NCBI RefSeq assembly: GCF_006345805.1
Contig: NC_043000.1
Coordinates: forward strand, 131,068,001 to 131,132,000
Direction: 5' to 3'
Source: Octopus sinensis
Lineage: Eukaryota
DNA: 64,000 nucleotides
Position 1 is the stretch's first letter. Each line of letters starts with the position of its first letter. Of this stretch, positions 56,362 to 64,000 are shown piece after piece. A program made the position numbers and the translations under genes. The notes beneath the pieces were generated by a model. It had not been told where the DNA came from, searched no databases, and worked only from the letters and a program-made list of their open reading frames with translations.

Positions 56362-57302
56362 TGTTTGGCAAAAGAGACCGATAGAATAAGTACTAGGCTT
56401 ACAAAGAATAAGTCCTGGGGTTGATTTGCTCGACTAAAGGCAGTACTCCAGCATGGCCTCAGTCAAATGACTGAAACAAGTAAAAGAGTAATTCTGTTAT
56501 ACATTCATCATATAATATTTTACAAAGATATTCTATACACTACAGTTCAAAAAAGCCTTATTACTCTCCTATATCTTAAAGTAACCCCTTAATAGTATTT
56601 AAGTTTAATTTCTGACCATCATCCATATATTTATTGATATTTTCACTTTAACATTATATATATGCTAAGTTACAATGTGTTCCCTCTAGTATTTCTCTGA
56701 TTTTAAACTCCACCCCTAATTTCTAATATTTATTTTTGAAGTCTTTCATTACTTTCCCCTTTAGTATGGTAATCAAAAGAAATACTATTAGCTCTTCCTA
56801 TCCTTCTTTCTTCCAATATCACCCATTCCTCATCCTGCATTCCCTTATTACTACCGCAAGCCTTATCCCTTTGGTGTTGACAACCCCGCCCCCCCCCCCA
56901 CCACCACCACCACCGGATATATTGTTCCAGTATATTGTTAGTCTTGTAGGCTATCATGGCACTAATTAATATATCACCATTGACTAGAATACAGTTACTC
57001 CCAAAATATTTCAGTCTAGCCGATTGATGACAACCTTCTTTAAGGTAGACTTCACGGTGTTGGTAAATAGGTCATTATCTTCAGTTATTTACTCCCGCCA
57101 CTATAACCTTTGCTAACCTCTAAATTTTAATAGTGCAACATGATATACACTATTTTCTACACATTTATATTATAAATAATTCTGTCATACATTCACACTA
57201 TTTTCTTTACATTCTGTCAAAGATATAGCAGCAGAATCAGTGTAAACATTTAAGCTCAATATTTAAGCAGATTGTTTGACCTTTTTGTTTGAAGTCTATG
57301 CA

Positions 57303-57620
57303 ATCATCATCATCATCATCATCGTTTAACGTCCATTTTCCATGCTAGCATGGGTTGGATGGTTCGACCGGGGTCTGGGAAGCCAGGAGGCTGCACCAGG
57401 CTCCAATTTCATCTGGCAGTGTTTCTACAGCTGGATGCCCTTCCTAACGCCAACCACTCCGTGAGTGTAGTGGGTGCTTTTTATGTGCCACCGACATAGG
57501 GGCCAGATGAGGCTGGCAAACGGCCATGATCGGTTGGTGCTTTTACATGTCACCGACACAGAAGCCAGTCAGGTGGCACTGGCAACTGCCACATTTAGAT
57601 GGTACTTGTCACCGGCATGG
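57303..57620 (-). mobile_element. 5'-truncated LINE 3' end (probably RTE 3' UTR) ending in (GAT)n
   Basis: Shared GTGGTTGGCGTTAGGAAGGGCATCCAGCTGTAGAAA...CCAACCCATGCTAGCATGG..GGACGTTAAAC(GAT)n. Approximate copies: 1228-1546-, 32045-32395- (retains VLEKTRQTK* upstream), 35005-35288+, 37975-38225-, 40805-41290-, 41420-41700-, 54325-54500+, 58312-58600-. Confidence 0.75.
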
Positions 57621-58073
57621 GTATCTTAACTACAATTTCCATTATCTGAAGAAAATGGTTTCTTTACAATGATGTAATGTTTTTATTAATCAATTAAAGA
57701 AGTCACTTGAAATGAGCATAATGAATTGACACCTGTTCATTTTTGTCACTCATTTATATTTCCTTCATCTACCCTAGATTGTGCACTTCAGAAATATTAT
57801 AGAAAGTATTTTTGTGTAAAGTACATGTCTGAACAACCAAGTGCAGATATCTTCACTAAGTTGGGTCTTGCATACGCTGCAAGAATATTGGATGCAAATA
57901 CTCCTGCACAGAGTTTGATATTCATGTGGTATTGTTTGGGCGTGCAAATTATTTTGACCTAATAAGGTTCCTTGATTTAAGTAACTAATTCAACTGAATC
58001 TTAATTGTGTATATATTGTGTATATATATCATAATACACACACTCACACATAAATATAAATATATGAATATAT

Positions 58074-58106
<33 letters not shown>

Positions 58107-58109
<3 letters not shown>

Positions 58110-58305
58110 GGGTGCGGTGAATAAACTGTGTCTACATTATGCAAAAATGAAGATAATACTGACTCTTATTTTAACAGATATATTTACCAAAATTCCATTA
58201 AAAATGTTTGAAATACTAAAGAGTAAGCTTACTCAATCAAATCACCATTGGTCTCAACCATGGCCTCCAGACAACTTTGGAATCTCCTGCAACTCTTCTG
58301 GACAG
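58107..58305 (-). mobile_element. Tc1/mariner transposon end with transposase C-terminal remnant
   Basis: Minus strand VQKSCRRFQSCLEAMVETNGDLIE*; terminus TA|TAGGGTGCGG in a TA tract. Confidence 0.5.
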
Positions 58306-59337
58306 TCTCATCATCATCATCCTCATCATTGTTTAACGTCCACTTTCCATGCTGGCATGGGTTGGACAGTTTGACTGAGGACTAGTAAGCCAGAGGCTGC
58401 ACCAGGTTCAATCTGATGTGGCAAAGTTTCTACAGCTGGATGCCCTTTCTGATGCCAACCACTCTGAGAGTGTGGTGGGTACTTTTACATGCCACCGGCA
58501 CAAGGGCCAGTCAGGCAGTTCTGACAACGACCATGCTCAAAAGGTGTTTTTTAGGTGCTACCTGTACAGGAGCCAGTTTGGCAGCACTGGCATGCTGCCA
58601 TAATCCTTGCCTTCAGTTCATCTTTGGTGTTACAAGTTTCGTTGGTCTTTTGCTCAACTGCACCCCACACATAATAATCAAGGGGTTTGTAGTCTGAGGA
58701 GTTAGGTGGCCAGATGTTAGGGTTGGTGTAGTCACAGAAATTGTCTGACAGTCATGCCTGGCATCTGCTACTTGTGTGGCATGGTGCAGCGTTCTGTTGC
58801 CAGAGATAAGGTCTTCCAGCAGCCACCTTCTTGACTCAGTACTGCACTACCTCCTCCAGACACTTGATGTAAGCCTCTGTGATGGAACCAAATATACAAG
58901 CTTTATCTCCACAAGTCGACAGACAAGCCAAGGGTAGTAATAAGGAAGGGAGGGATAAGGGGAAGGAAGACAAGGAGAAAAGAAAGAAAGAAGTATACAT
59001 ATATGTATATGAAGGTACGTCAGGGGAAGGCCACACTGCTGCTAAAAACTAAGACACACACACAAACATGCACACACACACACACACACACACACACAAG
59101 CAAACAAACAAAGACACAAATGCATGCGTGTGCACATAAGGATACACATCTTAGAAGAAAAGAATCGAGTAAGTGAAGCAAGAACACACACAGTAAGGAA
59201 AAGTGTTGCTGAAGGGGTCACAGATGTGTGATGAAAGATTTCCAGACAATGGACAGGCATTAAAATAATAAAATAACAGTGATAAATGGGTGAAGAAAAA
59301 ATATATTGCATGTGTTTTTTGCAAAAAAAATAAATAA

Positions 59338-59733
59338 TACAGGCTCAGGAGTAGCTATGTGGTAAGTAGCTTGCTTATCAACCACAAGGTTCTCGGTTCA
59401 GTCCCACTGCATGGCACCTTGAGCAAGTGTCTTCTACTATAGTCTCAGGCCGACCAAAGCTTTGTGAGTAGATTTAGTAGACGGAAACTGAAAGAAGCCC
59501 ATCATATATATGTATATGTACATATATGTGTGTGTTTGTCCCCCCAATATCGCTTGACAACCGATGCTGGTGTGTTTACGTCCCCGTAACTTAGCGTTTC
59601 AGCAAAAGAGACCGATAGAATAAGTACTAGGCTTACAAAGAATAAGTCCTGGGGGTCAATTTGCTCGACTAAAGGTGGTGCTCCAGCATGGCCGCAGTCA
59701 AATGACTGAAACAAGTAAAAGAGTAAAAGAATA
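59338..59733 (+). mobile_element. SINE family A
   Basis: Full head/microsatellite/tail. Confidence 0.8.
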
Positions 59734-60115
59734 AATAAAATGACCATCCCAAAATACATCAATATATGAAGGTAATTTAAGCATGCAAAAATTAATGAAA
59801 CTATTTACATGTTTACAAATAATCATTGTTTACTAACAGTACACTTACCACTGGTACATTTACAGTACCAGCTAAGTTGTAGGTTACATTGTGCAGCTGG
59901 TAAGTAACCCAGCTCTTTTATACTGAAAGAGAAGACAAAACAAATAAGAACACTATGGAGGTGAAACAACACACTTTTTATGATAAAGCAACTGTGTCGT
60001 TTCTCCTACACCGACCACCAGTACTCAGATACTCATACTGTAGGAGTACTTTGACATCCTGAGAAACTTTGTCATGACTAGGATTATTATCTTGATAATA
60101 TACACACATACTTAT

Positions 60116-60205
<90 letters not shown>

Positions 60206-60219
60206 TACACACACACATT

Positions 60220-60264
<45 letters not shown>

Positions 60265-61019
60265 CACCTATGCTTGTTAGTCTGAACTAAAGATTAAATC
60301 TGTCTCAACAAAACAGGCAAAATTGATATGTATAATCTCAATGCTTGCTAATCTTTAAAAGTACAACTGTAACAACAACAAGAAGAACAACAGAAATTAT
60401 CAATTACTACTCTTGTCCAGTGCCCAAGCATTGTTGATTTGTAGGTTTCTTATTTGCTTATTGCCCACAAGGGGCTAAACACAGAGGGGACAAACAAGGA
60501 CAGACAAATGGATTAAGTCGATTATATCGACCCCAGTGTATAACTGGTACTTTGGTACTTATTTAATTGACCCTGAAAGGATGAAAGGCAAAGTGAACCT
60601 TGGTGGAATTTGAACTCAGAACGTAGCGGCGGGCGAAATACCGCAAAGCATTTTGCCCGGCGTGCTAACATTTCTGCCAGCCCACCGCTTTGTTTCTGTT
60701 GAACACCTGCTGTTACATGGAGGAGAGATCTGGCTATCAGCTCAGTTCATTCTGAAGATTGTCCCACCACCTTCCTTTGGCTGGGAAGAACAAGCTGTGT
60801 TTATTTGTCTGGTGGCCTTAGTGAAGGAGGTTGTGTGATGGATCAGGCTGAAAGAGCTGAAGACAGATACTTTTTACTTAGGCCATACCCTCATCAACTT
60901 TTTCAAGTTCAACTTGAAAAAGGTAAGTGAAAGTAGTGAAGAAAGTGCTGCCTCCCAGCAATTTCGTTGAAAGGTTGGGGAATGGTCCGAGTAATTAGGC
61001 CTCCTCTGAACATGAATCT

Positions 61020-61420
61020 CTTTTACTCTTTTACTTGTTTCAGTCATTTGACTTCAGCCATGCTGGATCACTGCCCTTAGTAAAGCAAATCGACCCCAGG
61101 ACTTATTCTTTGTAAGCCTAGTACTTATTCTATCGGTCTCTTTTGCCGAACCGCTAAGTTACGAGGGCGTAAATATACCAGCATCGGTTGTCAAGTGATG
61201 TTGGTAGGGACAAACACAGGCACACAAACATATACACACTCTTATATATATATATACATATACATATATACAACGGGCTTCTTTCAGTTTCCGTCTACCA
61301 AATCCATTCACAAGGCTTTGGTCAGCCCAAGGCTATAATAGAAGGTGCCATGAAGTGGGACTGAACCCAGAACCATGTGGTTGGTAAGCAAGCAACTTAC
61401 CACACAGCCACTCCTGCGCC
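61020..61420 (-). mobile_element. SINE family A
   Basis: Reverse-complement copy. Confidence 0.8.
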
Positions 61421-62574
61421 TATAATTAAATGAATTATGCACCTGTAGATTAAATGAAGACAATGTGGAGAGGGCACTTGCTCTAGGGGTTAGGACAACT
61501 GTAGTTTTGTGGGGTTTCCATTAGTAGCCCCTAAGAAGTCTCCTCTTTTGAGGAAATTATTCATTGTTAGAATTTATAGTGTTGTTTTGTTTTTTTCTAT
61601 TTTTTACACACTTCTTTATATAACATCTCAATGTACTGTCCTGACCCATTCCCAATGATTTTTGTGAATCCTTAGCAATAAATAAAGAAAACAGTATTAT
61701 CATCATCTTCATCATCATCAAGGTGGCCAGTTAGCAAGATCGTTAGCACATCTGACAAATTGCTTAGTAGCTTTTATTGTGACTCTTTTACTTTCTGAGT
61801 TCAGCGACAATTTTCATTTCTGTGTGTATTCTAACTTCACTTACTCTATTCTTTTCTTCTAAGATGTGTATCCTTACATGTGCATGCATTTGTGTCCTTG
61901 TGTGTGTGTGTGTGTGTGTGTGTGCATGTGTGTGTGTGTGTGGTGTGTGTGTGTGTGTGTCTTAGTTTTTAGCAGCAATGTGGCCTTCCCTAACATACCT
62001 TTCCTCCTTTCAGGTTTAATAAAATAAAGTACCAGTCAAGTAGTAGGGTCTAAACAATTGATTACTCCCTTCCCTAGAAATTCTCTGGCATAATGCCAAA
62101 ATTTGAAACCACCACCACCACCATCATCACTATCATCACAACAATAGCAACAACAAAGCAGTGAGGTAACAGAATCATTAGAGCATCAGACAAAACACAT
62201 AAACAGTATTTTGTTTGACTCTTTACATTCTGAGTTGAAATGCTGCTAAGGTCAGCTTTGGCTTTCTTTCTTCCAAAGTGGGAAAAATAAAATACCTATT
62301 TCTTTATTACCCACAAGGGGCTAAACACAGAGGGGACAAACAAGGACAGACATAGGTATTAAGTCGATTTGCATCGACCCCAGTGCGTAACTGGTACTTA
62401 ATTTATCGACCCCGAAAGGATGAAAGACAAAGTCGATCTCGGTGGAATTTGAACTCACAACGTAACGCAGACGAAATACCGCTAAGCATTTTGCCCGGCG
62501 TGCTAACATTTCTGTCAGCTCGCCGCCTTAAAATAAAATAAAATACTAATCAAGTGCTAAAGTCAATAGTATTA

Positions 62575-62987
62575 GGTGCAGGAGTGGCTGTGTGGTAAGT
62601 AGCTTGCTTACCAACCACATGGTTCCAGCTTCAGTCTCACTGCATGGCACTGTGGGCAAACGTGCGTTACTATAGCCTTGGGCTGACCAAAGCCTTGTGA
62701 GTGGATTTGGTAGACGGAAACTGAAAGAAGCCCATCGTATATATGTATATATATATACAGGCGGCGAGCTGGCAGAAACGTTAGCACGCCGGGCGAGATG
62801 CGTAGCCGTATTTCGTCTGTCTTTACGTTCCGAGTTCAAATTACGCCGAGGTCGACTTTGCCTTTCATCCTTTCGGGGTCGATAAATTAAGTACCAGTTA
62901 CGCACTGGGGTCGATGTAATCGACTTAATCCGTTTGCCTGTCCTTGTTTGTCCCCTCTGTGTTTAGCCCCTTGTGGGTAGTAAAGAA

Positions 62988-63019
<32 letters not shown>

Positions 63020-63140
63020 TTGTCCCCCCAACATTGCTTGACAACCAATGCTGGTGTGTTTAGGCCCCCGTAACTTAGCAGTTCGGCAAAAGAGACTGAT
63101 AAAATAAGTACTAGGCTTACAAAGAATAAGTCCTGGGGTC
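62575..63140 (+). mobile_element. SINE family A with a nested family B copy (62760-62990)
   Basis: A head, TA tract, full B element, TA/TG tract, A tail. Confidence 0.8.
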
Positions 63141-63314
63141 GGTGGCAGCGGTAGCGCTGGTGGCAGTGACGATGGTGATGGCAGCAGTGGCAGTGCTGAT
63201 GATAGTGGTGATGGCAGTGAGGTTCATGTTGATGTAATTAGACAATATATTGAAAGTGTTGGGGCTCAAGCTTCATATTCTTTATCATTTTCAATTCTAT
63301 ATAAAATACATATA

Positions 63315-63836
63315 CCGTAAATCTTCGAGTATAGCCTGGCCTTGAGTATAATACACAGGTGATTTTTAGGGGGTTGTACCTCTGAAAAACCTAAACCTTG
63401 TGTATAATACACACTCCTTCTCTAACTTGAGTCGTGCGTAATTAAGCCAGCAGCACCTAGTCGAACAAACACTTCCGCGCATGCATAATACAATAATGGC
63501 GATGTTCTTAACTGTTATATGGGAATGTAAATATGCTTGCAAATTGTTTTTGTTGCATGTTATTCTGTGTTCTGAATACTTTTATTTTAATAAATGTTGC
63601 TTATTGCAAATTATGGATGATTCTTTTATGACTTCATTACTTTCAGGCTTAGCTTAAGGCATTTTCGCGCCCGACATCACAAAATGCATCTGAATAAACA
63701 TTGCCGGACAGCAAATAGAGACTTGGACATTGCTTAGAAAATATTTTTTATTTTTAACCTCGTATATAGTACGCACTAGGGATTTTTACCTTTACATTTT
63801 GGGAAAAAAACGCGGATTATACTCGAGGATTTACGG
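63315..63836. mobile_element. Tc1/mariner-superfamily (Tc2-like) MITE
   Basis: TA|CCGTAAATCTTCGAGTATA...TATACTCGAGGATTTACGG|TA. Confidence 0.8.
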
Positions 63837-64000
63837 TACTTATTTTCTAACTTCCTATTATTCTCCAAAATATTTCCTTACTTTTGGGACACTATGTGTG
63901 TGCAGACTTAAGTCTATTCACTACAGTTAAGTATAACAAACTAATATGTGTGTGAACTTTTGTCTGCCATTAGATATAACCTCATATGTATTTGTATGGA

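Noticed and set aside
57726-57962. Copia RNase H-like 'ADIFTK' match or a coding exon
   Set aside because: Only a 6-residue resemblance with no other LTR features. Several frames on both strands are open, so no frame can be favoured.

Overview
Eukaryotic, AT-rich, repeat-dense animal genomic DNA. It is very probably octopus/coleoid cephalopod, inferred from the tRNA-derived SINE families, dense microsatellites and tandem C2H2 zinc-finger genes with short leaders. (1) A complete five-exon minus-strand gene (10118->1728, 295 aa) can be assembled by hand with canonical, phase-compatible splice sites. It encodes a probably secreted protein with a signal peptide, a PAN/apple-like segment and an unnamed C-terminal domain. 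(2) Two tandem paralogous C2H2-ZNF genes lie on the minus strand (15703->~14840 and 19144->17956). Each is broken by a frameshift, and the second has a Chapaev-like transposase fragment inserted into its leader, in frame with the start codon. (3) An uninterrupted Penelope-like RT + GIY-YIG reading frame sits between (TACA)n microsatellites. Its 3' repeat carries a minimal type I hammerhead-ribozyme fold with a non-canonical CUG-U core, and two further copies in the window share that variant. (4) Transposon remnants include RTE and CR1 LINEs, a Helitron helicase, Chapaev-like, Tc1/mariner, piggyBac-, hAT- and Tc2-type MITEs, and several SINE families. (5) There are local duplications, including a ~1.15 kb tandem copy containing a 32-bp-stem hairpin. 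Most short ORFs in the supplied track are microsatellite or repeat artefacts. Family names come from motif recognition, not database searches. Repeat boundaries are approximate unless a TSD or TIR is cited.
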